A program made the translations under genes and the position numbers. This document shows positions 20,603-30,550 of a stretch of DNA of 64,000 nt, one piece after another (the stretch's first letter is position 1; every line of letters begins with the position of its first letter). Source of the stretch: Spirochaetia bacterium (GTDB lineage Bacteria > Spirochaetota > Spirochaetia > DSM-2461); contig OY764216.1 of the NCBI GenBank assembly GCA_963668315.1, positions 4,480,001 through 4,544,000 of the forward strand, given 5' to 3'. The notes below the pieces were generated by a model. The model saw only the letters and a list, made by a program, of their open reading frames with translations. It was not told where the DNA came from and ran no database searches.

Positions 20603-21237
20603 TCTATCCTTGCCTTGTTAAGCCAGCATTCAGCGCTCTTTTTATTTCTCACAGGCCAGAACGCCTCAATGCGGGGGGTTGTCTCCGCTTCGAAACTGTC
20701 CTGCGGAAATCCGTACAGCTCCGTGATAATTCCGTATTTCCCCATCCAGGTTTTCTCCGACAGATTGTGTTGAATCGGGGCATCGGGAATTGCCCCGGGC
20801 AATCCCTTTCCTTTCGAATCATCATAGGCGAACAGACGTAATTCCCGAGCGGACAGCCTGCCCGTCAGCCATTGATTGAGTACTTCCCGGCCGGTCTCTT
20901 CATGCCTGATATGCCTGGTGTATTCTCCCAGAGGACTGTGGGTATAAATTATGCCGTATTTCCTGTGTGGTAATAATTCCCGAAGGGTGCGGGCGATGAC
21001 TTCCCCGGGAAGGGAATTCTGAGAAGGGCCGTCTTCAAGGTCGGCCATCAGACCCGATGCGCCGAGTCTTTTTAAGGCTTTTTTGAATTTCGGAGCTCTG
21101 TCAGGGTCAGAACCTCTGCAGAGACAGAGAATGAAACAGTCTTCGGAACTTCTATCCATTAAAGTACCCCCGACCCAGAGGATCTCATCATCCGGGTGGG
21201 CCACTATAACGGCCATTGGCTTGCTTTTTTTAAACAT
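20599..21237 (-). CDS. PIG-L/LmbE family deacetylase
   Basis: VAHPDDE and GEYTRHIRH. Confidence 0.85.
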   Translation of the reverse strand: MFKKSKPMAVIVAHPDDEILWVGGTLMDRSSEDCFILCLCRGSDPDRAPKFKKALKRLGASGLMADLEDGPSQNSLPGEVIARTLRELLPHRKYGIIYTHSPLGEYTRHIRHEETGREVLNQWLTGRLSARELRLFAYDDSKGKGLPGAIPDAPIQHNLSEKTWMGKYGIITELYGFPQDSFEAETTPRIEAFWPVRNKKSAECWLNKARIE

Positions 21238-21379
21238 TCAGGCCTCATTTATAGATCCGTCATGCTCAATGTCAAGAAATACTAAATTTCAGAATACTAT
21301 TTCTCAATTATAGTCATTTCAAAGGGAAAAGGAAACGTTATTCTCCAAAAAATAAAACTCTGCCCAAGGGATAACGTTT

Positions 21380-21907
21380 TTAGCATAGAGAGGAACGGCA
21401 AAAAATGACCAATGAATACCAAAGTAAAAAGCTTAACCTATGGGTTGTCGTAGCGGCAAGTAGATTCAAGGTATACATCTTTAAATCGCCTTCCCAGATG
21501 GTTTCCAGAGCGCTATCGGCAAAAAGGACTTTCACCTTCTTGTGGTGAAGAAACTGCTTCTCCTTGCTCTCTATCTTATAATCCTTGATGTTATCCAAAG
21601 GATTCCCGGTAATGTATTCCGGCCTCTTCGCCTCGTCCATGATGGTCCTCATGTTGCCTATGATTCCGTTGATGGACTTATTGGACAAAGGCTTCTTGTA
21701 ACGACCTTCGAGCTTCATAAGGTCAGTCCTGAAACTCTGCTCCTGACGTACTGAAATCATGCTGAGCAACATGCTCCCGAAGGTGGGGGATAAGGTGCCG
21801 GTGAAGTTCGCTGCGCTTGCTGTGGGCATAGGCTCTGCTGTACTGATGCCCGCGATTCCTCATCTCCGTGAGGTAGGGGCAGTCATCGTAGTCCCACCAA
21901 TCCCTGG
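21380..21907 (-). pseudogene. frameshifted, truncated paralog of the island integrase
   Basis: WDYDDCPY...KRSELHRHLIP and GRYKKPLSNKSINGIIGNMRTIM...NLLAATT align with 42617-43798. Confidence 0.85.
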
Positions 21908-22009
21908 TGTAATTTCTCACATTATCCTGACCAAATCTTTTCACGTCCAGTTAGTCCATTTCTCACACCCAAATAAACATCCCCGCCGTCACCAACAGGG
22001 ATGCTTTTC

Positions 22010-22819
22010 TTAAAGAATCAGTTCTGTAGAAGCCATCCGGACATGCTCCGGAGAGACCGTGTGCTGCTCGTCCATGACAGCCGCCAGCATGGCCGTTTTC
22101 GCAATGAGATTGGCGCGGCGTAATATCCCGCCGGAACTCTGATGTATGGCAAAGGCCGTCTCTGCCGAGAATATATTCTGCTTCAGTCCAGCCAACTCAA
22201 GGTGGTGTTTCAGGTATTCCTCCATCACCTCTTTCTTAATAGCTTCCAGATGGTTTCGCCCCAAGACCCGGGAGGCTAAGGGCCGAGCCGCCGGTGTCAT
22301 CAGATGATCCATGAGCCCCTCCTGACCGCAAAGAATTACCGGCATAACAGGCCTGGAGTCATATTCGAACTGAAGAAGCGTATGAAGTTGTGAGAAAACA
22401 TTGCTCTTGAAGAGATGGGCCTCGTCAATAATAAGAATCGGGGTGACATTGCGGGAGGCGATTTCACTGATCTGGTCCCGAATCAGTTTTACCATAAAGG
22501 CTATCTGATAGGAGGAAAACTCCACTCCGAAAGCCAGAAGAAGATGACGGTATAGTTCCATCAGGCTGTACTGCCCGCCGATCAGGGAGATGATCTGATA
22601 CTCGCTGGTTCTGAACTGATGGGCCATATATCGCAGAGAGGTCGATTTTCCCGATCCCACGTCGCCAGTAATCAGGGAAATGGCTTTCTGTTCTACAGCG
22701 AAGGTTACCCGCTGCTTCAGAGGGGCTAAAGCGGGAAGCGGGTAGAGATCCTTGACGGGAATGTCCTGCAGAAAGGGTTCTTTCTTTAATCCAAAAAAAT
22801 GCCGGATACTTTCCAGCAG
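22010..22819 (-). CDS. ExeA/TnsC-like AAA+ ATPase (start uncertain)
   Basis: Frame is open upstream of the called GTG: SIRHFFGLKKEPF...ITGDVGSGKST; Walker B LIIDEAH. Confidence 0.85.
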   Translation of the reverse strand: MLESIRHFFGLKKEPFLQDIPVKDLYPLPALAPLKQRVTFAVEQKAISLITGDVGSGKSTSLRYMAHQFRTSEYQIISLIGGQYSLMELYRHLLLAFGVEFSSYQIAFMVKLIRDQISEIASRNVTPILIIDEAHLFKSNVFSQLHTLLQFEYDSRPVMPVILCGQEGLMDHLMTPAARPLASRVLGRNHLEAIKKEVMEEYLKHHLELAGLKQNIFSAETAFAIHQSSGGILRRANLIAKTAMLAAVMDEQHTVSPEHVRMASTELIL

Positions 22820-24081
22820 AACCCCCCTCTTGTTTTCTCAAAGAGAGATCCACTTTTGGGTGAGACCGATATCTGTTCCCGGTAGACACGGCTGTTGCTC
22901 TGCTGAGTCAACGTCGAGAGAAATCCCCGGGACTCATTATCCAGGAAGACTTCTATCCGATCATAGTTCTCATATCGGAGAGTCACCTGTAGACCGATCA
23001 GCCCCAGGGGGGCTTCAAAAAGATGGCCGTCCAGTTTGACCGTTCTGTCATTATTCACTTTTCTTACGGCTCTCTTTCGAAAATACCGGGGAAGATTATC
23101 CGGAGCTTTCCTGATGTAACCGGCACCCTTGATATACCGGTTGATCGGTTCCTGCCCTGTACCACCGTGCGTTCTGTTATGATACTGTTCCAGAAAGGTC
23201 ATGAAACGTTCGTTCAGCACCTCCAGGGTAAGTTCCTCCGGAAGTTCCGGCAGAAACTGGGATCGGACCGTACGGAAGAACCGTTCAATCTTCCCTTTTC
23301 CCTGGGGACGATAGGGTTTGGCAAAGGAGAGTCCGATTTCCAGGGAGGAACATCCCAGTTGAAGCTGATGGGCTTTGAAGGAGGGGCCGTTGTCCACATA
23401 GATCTTTCGGGGAAGACCCCGTTTCCGCATCCCCGTCCAGAGACAATCCAGGTAGTTCTCCAGATTCTCCGCCAGATAGAACTGGCCATGGGGGATGAGC
23501 CGTGAATGATCATCTATGATGGCAAAGAGATAGCTTTTTCTGAGGCTGCCCTCATGAAAAACACGGGGACCATGCATACAGTCCGACTGCCACAGATCAT
23601 TGGGCATCTGGACCTCGAACTTTCTCATATCCTCCTTCTTCCGGTTCGCTTTCATTTTGTATTTCTTGAGCAGTCGATAAACTGTCGCCAGGGAAACATC
23701 CGCCTCAGGAGGAAAAGCTCCCTTTATCCTGGCCATCTCTACCAGTCGGGGGACGGATACTTTGGGATATTCCTGTCTGAGGCGGAAAAGCGTATCGATC
23801 GCTTCATTATCCAGGCTTCGGGCACGGCCTCGGTCTCCCCGGTCCTCCGGATAGAGGGCATCGATTTTCCGTCCTGCCTCTTCATAACGGCGCAACCAGC
23901 CAAGTATTGTGGCCTTACTGATGTAGGTTCTATCCGAAAAGGGGATTTCCCATTCCCGGCTGACCAATTCCCGCAAGATCCGGGTTTTCTCTCCCCAATT
24001 TTCCTGCACTCGGCATTCCACCAGGGGGAAAATCACCCCGAAACGGAAGACGGCTATTTTCTCTTTCTTTTCCTGATCCAT
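22786..24081 (-). CDS. DDE transposase (rve core plus Mu-like C-terminus)
   Basis: LWQSD, IDDHSR, YVDNG and PQGKGKIERFF. Confidence 0.92.
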   Translation of the reverse strand: MDQEKKEKIAVFRFGVIFPLVECRVQENWGEKTRILRELVSREWEIPFSDRTYISKATILGWLRRYEEAGRKIDALYPEDRGDRGRARSLDNEAIDTLFRLRQEYPKVSVPRLVEMARIKGAFPPEADVSLATVYRLLKKYKMKANRKKEDMRKFEVQMPNDLWQSDCMHGPRVFHEGSLRKSYLFAIIDDHSRLIPHGQFYLAENLENYLDCLWTGMRKRGLPRKIYVDNGPSFKAHQLQLGCSSLEIGLSFAKPYRPQGKGKIERFFRTVRSQFLPELPEELTLEVLNERFMTFLEQYHNRTHGGTGQEPINRYIKGAGYIRKAPDNLPRYFRKRAVRKVNNDRTVKLDGHLFEAPLGLIGLQVTLRYENYDRIEVFLDNESRGFLSTLTQQSNSRVYREQISVSPKSGSLFEKTRGGFCWKVSGIFLD

Positions 24082-24112
24082 TAACGGCTCCTTACAAAAT
24101 TCTCACTTAAAG

Positions 24113-24673
24113 CTAAATCCGTAAGGGCCGGGTTGTCACCGCAAAAGGCAGGTAGGGACTTTGGGGAAGGTAGGTTATATCATGATAATTCAGACGAAAT
24201 GTCACTTGTTTTTGATTCATGAGCGCCGAAGAAATCTTTGGCCAGTTCTGAGTCCGCTTCCTCTGGAACCAATAGGCCTTCATCCAGTATTGCTGGCATT
24301 GTCGGGATAGGGAGAGGTTATAGTTTTCTCCCCGGAGTTTTTGTTCCAGGCAGGAACGTATGGTTTCCCAGGGATAGTGGAATCCGGGAGAAAACCCTAC
24401 CGGTCTGATCGTATGAACGGCCCCGCAATCGGGGCAGCGGTAGCGTTTTATCCAGAGGGCCAAAGGGAATCCATAGAAATATCGTGGGACAAATCCGTGA
24501 CCCCAGAGGCGTGTCCCCTGGCAGGAGGGACATTGTCCCGGCTTCTTCCAGGGAAATTCTTTACCAAAGGCTTGAAGTTTTTCTAAATTTATCCGAATAA
24601 TAAGTAACAGATTTGTCTCCCTTCGCGGGGGGATTTTCAGTAAGGGAGCAAGTGAACATTTGGTCGTGGGCAC
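24113..24673 (-). CDS. zinc-ribbon accessory protein (DUF6431-like); start probably internal
   Basis: CPSCQ..LWGHG..R...RYRCPDCG. Confidence 0.65.
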   Translation of the reverse strand: MPTTKCSLAPLLKIPPRRETNLLLIIRINLEKLQAFGKEFPWKKPGQCPSCQGTRLWGHGFVPRYFYGFPLALWIKRYRCPDCGAVHTIRPVGFSPGFHYPWETIRSCLEQKLRGENYNLSLSRQCQQYWMKAYWFQRKRTQNWPKISSALMNQKQVTFRLNYHDITYLPQSPYLPFAVTTRPLRI

Positions 24674-24791
24674 TGCTCCTTTTTTTATGTTCGGATAAAA
24701 TGAGAAAGGTCTGTTATCTGTTGTAAGAAAATGTTTAACTCAGAGAGAGAAATCCATGGATAGTCGGTTTAGGATAATGTGAGAAATTACA

Positions 24792-25631
24792 GATCTGGTG
24801 GACAATGCAGAGCTGGATTTTCGTTTTGGGAAATACGGTTGATATGGCATCGGGAAACCCTGTCAGTCCATCCACACAGGCAATGAAGATATCCTGAACC
24901 CCCCGATTCTGAAGTTCCGTGAGAACATTCATCCAGAACTTAGCCCCTTCACTCTCGGCTATCCAGAGGCCCAAGAGCTCTTTCATCCCCTCCTGATTGA
25001 TGCCCAGGGCCAGAAAGACGCTCTTGTTGATGACGCGCTTATTCTCACGGACTTTGACAACAATACAATCCATGTAGACGATGGGATAAAGAGCATCCAG
25101 AGGACGATTCTGCCAGGCGATGACCTCTTCCATTACCCCATCGGTAATCTTAGAAATCAGGGTATGAGAAACATCGACATCGTACATTTCCTTGAAGGTA
25201 GCGGCAATATCCCTGGTCGTCATTCCCTTTGCATAGAGGGTAAGGATTTTGCTATCAAGATCTTCGCTGCGTCGTTGATTCTTCTTTACTAATTGGGGAT
25301 TGAAGGAAGACTCCCTATCCCTGGGAATCTCCAGTTCTATTTCAGCATTATCTGTCTTTAAGGTTTTCTGGGTATACCCGTTCCGAGAATTCCCAGAAGG
25401 TCGCTGACCGTTTTTCTTCTCTCCGAGATGTTCTTCCATCTCTATCTCAAGAATACGTTCCATAGCAACTTTGGCCAACATCTTAGTCATCTCTGAAACA
25501 TCCTGTGGTGTTTTCAGATTGCTGGCGAGTTTGTCGGCTAGTTCATTAAATTCATCAGTGTCGTACAAAATAAAAGCTCCTCTCTTTTTATACAAATTTT
25601 TGGAGCTTTACACAATTTTATTTACAGGGTC
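24792..25631 (-). pseudogene. truncated IS256 element/transposase
   Basis: RNGY, YAKGMTTRDI and DGLTGF; cut at QLCIVHQ by the transposon end; IR-like end ttacacaattttatttacagggtc. Confidence 0.88.
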
Positions 25632-25640
25632 AACAAGTAT

Positions 25641-26555
25641 TTAGCCCTTAAATATATTTTTCTGATGCCAAAATAAAAACTCTTCCTTTGGATGATTTTT
25701 TATATCTAATGGAGTTTGTATCTTTTGTTTCTTATACTTGAATATAAAATCATTAGAACTGACTCCGATCGCAGATATTTTTGTCGATAAATTAATTTCC
25801 AGATGGGAATTAACAGTAAATAACCCAAGATCAAAAGCTTTATGATGTAAAGGACACAATAAAATCCCATTATTAATCGAATCAGGTCCATTGTTAGCGT
25901 GCCATTTTATATGAGCGGCTTCATTAATTACAAAACTGCCATCTATCGCCATATTAAATTGACATACAGCACATTGATGATTATATGCATTACTAACATT
26001 CTGGCGAAAACTTGGATCCCTTTTTTTATAATTCGGGTCTCTATAATGGAGCGAATATAAGCCCGTTTTATCTAATATATCTAAATGTAATGACTCTGGG
26101 AAAAACGAATATAACAAATCATTAATCTCCTCAGCTAATATTGCTTTCTTGGTAATGTGTTTCATTATATTATGGGACCATGATGCAGTACCAAATTCTC
26201 TTAGATCTTTAAGAATTGCATCTCCAGCCGAAGTAACTTTTATCTGATTTTCTTTACCAAAAATTAAAATGCCATCATTTCTCAAACGCCAAAATGGATA
26301 ATGGACATTGGGGGATATTCCAAAAGACTTATAGATATTATTAACGTCATCTTCAATATCTAGAAATGAAAAAGAAAAAACAGTTTTATTTATGGTCTTA
26401 CCAAGTAGATAGAGTAGAAGTAAAGGTTTATGTAAAGCTACTGTATCTCCATTTTTCCAAGTTTTAATGTCTATCAGCATTATAAATCCTTTTGTGTTTC
26501 TCATATAATAACCTGAAACTAGCAAGATTGATATATACCAGTAAATATCAATCAA
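25641..26555 (-). CDS. SBD-HNH endonuclease (phosphorothioate-DNA-dependent restriction type)
   Basis: N-terminal HKPLLLL and HYPFWRL; C-terminal RDPSFR..CAVC..EAAHIKWH..NGILLCPLHH..FD. Confidence 0.78.
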   Translation of the reverse strand: MIDIYWYISILLVSGYYMRNTKGFIMLIDIKTWKNGDTVALHKPLLLLYLLGKTINKTVFSFSFLDIEDDVNNIYKSFGISPNVHYPFWRLRNDGILIFGKENQIKVTSAGDAILKDLREFGTASWSHNIMKHITKKAILAEEINDLLYSFFPESLHLDILDKTGLYSLHYRDPNYKKRDPSFRQNVSNAYNHQCAVCQFNMAIDGSFVINEAAHIKWHANNGPDSINNGILLCPLHHKAFDLGLFTVNSHLEINLSTKISAIGVSSNDFIFKYKKQKIQTPLDIKNHPKEEFLFWHQKNIFKG

Positions 26556-26851
26556 GAACTATACACTCTCTATATGTACAACTTTTCGAAATTTCACTTA
26601 TTAAAAGACAAAGCCCTTTCAGCGTTCCAGATCTTTCTGTTAGATATTTCTTATTCTCAAGATGTGTACAACGTATAGCAAAACCGATGCCACACACATC
26701 CAGGAACAGTATTTACAAGTCTTTCAGTAACCGCTCTGAATATAATTCTTCTAATTCATCAACTATCATTTATCAAATTATCTGCTTTGAATATATAATA
26801 ATTATAGGATTAGTCTGTTTCATATTCTGCAACGGACATCAGGATTAAAAA

Positions 26852-28669
26852 TCATGGAAGATTGATCCTGTAGTATTTGCAAATCCGATTCCTTGGAGAA
26901 TAGGAGAATCCTGACTCCTCTAATATCCCAATTTCCTTTAACCAAGGGAGAAGAGAGTTATAGTTTTTATTCCACTCTTTTTGTTTGCTTGATGGAAGAG
27001 GATAATAGCCTTTCTTTCGATTGACCGCATAATAAGGATATTTACTGTCTTCCTCATAGAATCGTGCCTTATTCGTGTAGATCGAGTCATGATAAGCTTT
27101 CCAACTGAGTAGGCCAAAGAAATATTTACGAATGCCTTTAGTGCGTTGTTTTACAAAACGTTTCTGCGATTGGATGATAGCCTCAAGGTGTTCTGGGAGT
27201 TCTATGATCTTGGATATCGATCTACTCGAAGAAGTTATACTCGGACCATTTCTATAAAAAGATTGTATTCGTCTCTCAAGGATAGAATAATCTGTTAAGT
27301 CATTGGTGTATTCGAGGGAATTGAGGATATGGTTATGAATACGATCAAGTGAATCTTCAAATGAAAGAAAGGTCCTGTACTTGGGAACAAGCTGACATAG
27401 TATGTCGTTGGTATGACCGTTTTTAAAAGGAAGAAGTTCACTTTCTAATCTTAGAATATTTTCCCAATTTCTCCCTTTCTCTGCATTCTCCATGGAGTGA
27501 TCCTGAGATAGTGGAAATAAAGAAGTTTTCTCCTTTGGTGTATTATGATTGAGACTGACTAAGATCTGTTGATAGGTAGAACCCAAGAGATCTTCTGGAG
27601 AGTAAAGAGGGATTTCTTCCCACTTTATAAGCCCCTCTTTGACAGGCATGAGGGTTCTGGGATTGATTATAGATTGACGGGTGGGAATACGGAGTCCTGT
27701 CGTAGGTGAAGGTTTCATCTCTATTTTTTGATAGTTGAGCTGATATTCCGTGAGTGTCTTGAGATTGAAGTAGTTCATAGGAGAATTAAGGAAATAGTAG
27801 ATATGGATGCCTCTGGGGCTACGACAGACAAGTGATGGTTGCTGATCAAAGTGGCTAATGATTGAATAATAGGCAATTGAGAGCTTCTTTGAAGGATAAT
27901 AGCTAGACCAGCATTCTTCTTCAGAATCATGGAAATCGAGATCAAGGCCAATTGCTGGAGTAATATAAGAAGATTTCCAGCTGAGAGAGGTTCCTTTTTC
28001 GAATGCTGATTGAAGATGCTGTATGTATAGCCTGGCATGCTTTGTAAGCCATTCATTGGAATTGGAACTTTTGAAGAGATAGTCTCTGAGATATGGATTG
28101 AATAAAGTGCAGAGCCAGGCGGCATCGCAATACTTGGTAGATTTAAGAGCTTCCAGGCTGAAGGGCTCTGTCTGTGTAGCAGAGCTAGCAGATGGAGGAG
28201 ATGAAATTGATGGATCTGGTGATTTGATGCTGGTTGAACAGCCAGGTATGGATACTGCCCTACCCTGCTTTGGTAAAGAAGATTTATTTACCTTTTTCAC
28301 GACTTTCCCTCTTCGAGGCTGTTGCCTAGAATGGGGTTTCGTATTTGGTCTATAAGGAAAATCAGGCTCTGCGACGGTATGGTGACTTAATTGGATATCT
28401 AGATCATAAGGTCCTAATCCGCTAGCCTGACTATTCGTCAGGCGATCGAGTAGTTCCTCTAATTTATCAGTTTCAAAAGTATAGTTGACTGGTTTCGGGT
28501 TTATCCCATACGGGTCAACTTGTTCTTCTCTACTTTCAAAGATCTGGGCTTCTTCCTGGCGAATCCGATTGTTTCTACTGGTTCTAACTATTTCTTCTAA
28601 AATGTTCATACCAGTAAATACTTCTCTAAAAACAATCCCCCTTTTGCAGGAGTAAGTAACAAAATACAA
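26852..28669 (-). CDS. putative primase-polymerase-like replication protein
   Basis: AEP-like IGLDLD, RSPRGIHIYY and GLRIP; helical middle region; basic wHTH-like tail. Confidence 0.55.
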   Translation of the reverse strand: MYFVTYSCKRGIVFREVFTGMNILEEIVRTSRNNRIRQEEAQIFESREEQVDPYGINPKPVNYTFETDKLEELLDRLTNSQASGLGPYDLDIQLSHHTVAEPDFPYRPNTKPHSRQQPRRGKVVKKVNKSSLPKQGRAVSIPGCSTSIKSPDPSISSPPSASSATQTEPFSLEALKSTKYCDAAWLCTLFNPYLRDYLFKSSNSNEWLTKHARLYIQHLQSAFEKGTSLSWKSSYITPAIGLDLDFHDSEEECWSSYYPSKKLSIAYYSIISHFDQQPSLVCRSPRGIHIYYFLNSPMNYFNLKTLTEYQLNYQKIEMKPSPTTGLRIPTRQSIINPRTLMPVKEGLIKWEEIPLYSPEDLLGSTYQQILVSLNHNTPKEKTSLFPLSQDHSMENAEKGRNWENILRLESELLPFKNGHTNDILCQLVPKYRTFLSFEDSLDRIHNHILNSLEYTNDLTDYSILERRIQSFYRNGPSITSSSRSISKIIELPEHLEAIIQSQKRFVKQRTKGIRKYFFGLLSWKAYHDSIYTNKARFYEEDSKYPYYAVNRKKGYYPLPSSKQKEWNKNYNSLLPWLKEIGILEESGFSYSPRNRICKYYRINLP

Positions 28670-28791
28670 TTACAGGGATTTTACAATTTCAGGAAAGGAA
28701 TAACTCTGTTAAATATGTTTCACCCTTTTTATGAGACCACGCAAAAGAGTAGATACCCATGATTTCGTAGACGGATTTTCAGAATGATGAA

Positions 28792-29661
28792 TTATATATT
28801 TTCCTCCAGCTGTAACTCATCCATAAGATTGACATATGTACTTTCAGGAAGTAATTTCTTGATTGTATTCAGACGAATAGAAAAGACAGATTCCCAATTC
28901 GAGATAGTATCAATTTCATCTCGCCATAAACAAAGGTTATTAAGAAGTTGTTTTTCATCAAAGACAATTTTCTGTTGTGGTTTATGGGATGACTTTTTAC
29001 GAGGGTTCACGTGGTTTCGACTCTTGGCAAGCTTGTTATAAATCGAATTGACAGAGAGAGTTCCTTCAAGGATCTTGGCTTTTTGAGACTCCGTGCATTC
29101 CTTCTTCACCTTAAGGATTCTTACTGCTTTCGTAGTCGAGATACCGCATATCCGTGCAAGCCTTTCCTGTTTCCGTCCTGGCCCTGGAAGATTGTCCGTA
29201 TCAAGAGTGAGAATAAATGAGAAGAGATCGGAATCTTGAAGGTTACGTCTGTGAAACTGGAGAGTTAAAGCGTAATCGATGGCATCCTGTTTCTCTTTGA
29301 ATGATTTGTAAGAGACGGGGATAGTTTTTAGACCAGTGGCCTTTGCCGCAGCGAGGCGGGTATGTCCGTCAATAAGGATATCCTTCTCTTTCCAAATGAC
29401 TAAGGGAAATTCTTCGTTGAATCCCTCCTTTCGAATAGAAGCCTCAATGGTTTCCTGGACGCTCTTGTTGATAGGGAAGAGGGATTTGAATGTGGGATCA
29501 AGCTTGATCTCCTGCACTCTTCGCTGAAGTTGTGTCTCCGCACCTTTCTTTTTTCTCTTAGGGATAAACATGATTGACTCCTTAGAAGGGGTATCGGGAT
29601 TTGAGGTACTTGAGTTCCCGAGATTGATGATTCTCACTGAAGGCTCTGAAGAGATCTTCAT
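28792..29661 (-). CDS. ParB N-terminal domain protein (likely start MFIPK near 29571)
   Basis: LIDGHTRLAAA and Q..RRNL, followed by an HTH. Confidence 0.85.
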   Translation of the reverse strand: MKISSEPSVRIINLGNSSTSNPDTPSKESIMFIPKRKKKGAETQLQRRVQEIKLDPTFKSLFPINKSVQETIEASIRKEGFNEEFPLVIWKEKDILIDGHTRLAAAKATGLKTIPVSYKSFKEKQDAIDYALTLQFHRRNLQDSDLFSFILTLDTDNLPGPGRKQERLARICGISTTKAVRILKVKKECTESQKAKILEGTLSVNSIYNKLAKSRNHVNPRKKSSHKPQQKIVFDEKQLLNNLCLWRDEIDTISNWESVFSIRLNTIKKLLPESTYVNLMDELQLEENI

Positions 29662-30547
29662 ATGTTACATCAATAAGCAGTCTGGGATCATGTAACGTAG
29701 CCCTGATTGAATCGTATACAGTATCTCCTTGGGGTAACCCCTTTGACGGATTCTTCAGAATGGCCCTGTTTCGCTCCGATCTGATATGGACGGTAATAAC
29801 CTCATCGATCTCCGAATGATGCTTCCTGACCTCCCTGGCAAACAGGAGAAGGCGAGTCGCCTGATAGATCGGTTCATAGAAAAGATCATCAAGGGATTCA
29901 AGTCGCGTTATGTTGATGGGACAGTCCGGATCTTCCAGGAAAGGTTTATAGGTAATCAGCCTATCGGTTCTGTCATTCCGATAGCGGATATTCGACCGGG
30001 CGTAGGCCTCGACGTACTTGAACTCGCCCAAGATCATCCTAGTCTTGTTATCCTTGGTCTTCATCATGCAGGCCCAATCCACACTGGTATTACCCAATCC
30101 TCTATGACGAGTATCCCCCAGCTTGGGTTCCTCGTTCAGGTAGTTCCTGGGTCCGATCCACTCAAAAGCTAAGAACTGACCGGGAGACTCAATAGGAAGC
30201 ATTCTCTCCATATCGGGGAAAATCGGTCGTAATAAGTCTCCTAGAAGATCGGACTCATAAAAGAACGGAAATAGAGTGTTCACGCACATAACCTGGCTTG
30301 AGCAGAGGTGATTAGTCGGCCCCTCCATCTGTGCTGCCATATGCCAGGATATCCTGTTTTCCTCGAAGTAGCGGATGGCATTCTGACGTATGCTCTCCTG
30401 GATATTCTCATCGGAATAGGTGACGGGGAGAGCCCAAGGATAGAGCCTTCCCCGGTATAAACCTGCTGATCTGGCCTGTCGGGAAAGATATTTTGTGCTC
30501 AACTTCCATTCGGCCTGTCTGTTTTTCTCTGAAGCAAGGAATCTCAT
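29582..30547 (-). CDS. PGN_0703-family putative restriction endonuclease
   Basis: NHLCSSQVMCVN.L, TSVD and GEFKYVE (PD-(D/E)xK). Confidence 0.7.
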   Translation of the reverse strand: MRFLASEKNRQAEWKLSTKYLSRQARSAGLYRGRLYPWALPVTYSDENIQESIRQNAIRYFEENRISWHMAAQMEGPTNHLCSSQVMCVNTLFPFFYESDLLGDLLRPIFPDMERMLPIESPGQFLAFEWIGPRNYLNEEPKLGDTRHRGLGNTSVDWACMMKTKDNKTRMILGEFKYVEAYARSNIRYRNDRTDRLITYKPFLEDPDCPINITRLESLDDLFYEPIYQATRLLLFAREVRKHHSEIDEVITVHIRSERNRAILKNPSKGLPQGDTVYDSIRATLHDPRLLIDVTYEDLFRAFSENHQSRELKYLKSRYPF

Positions 30548-30550
30548 AGA

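Larger units (their letters stand above)
21908..24791 (-). mobile_element. three-gene transposon (Zn-ribbon protein, DDE transposase, AAA ATPase) with TGT...ACA ends
   Basis: Perfect 21-bp terminal IR TGTAATTTCTCACATTATCCT; internal TTTCTCA-like repeats; no TSD. Confidence 0.88.

Noticed and set aside
9057..24586. Many overlapping or antisense ORFs in the track (e.g. 9057-9881, 19757-20554, 23506-24084)
   Set aside because: They are shadow frames of well-supported genes in GC-richer DNA and have no motifs.
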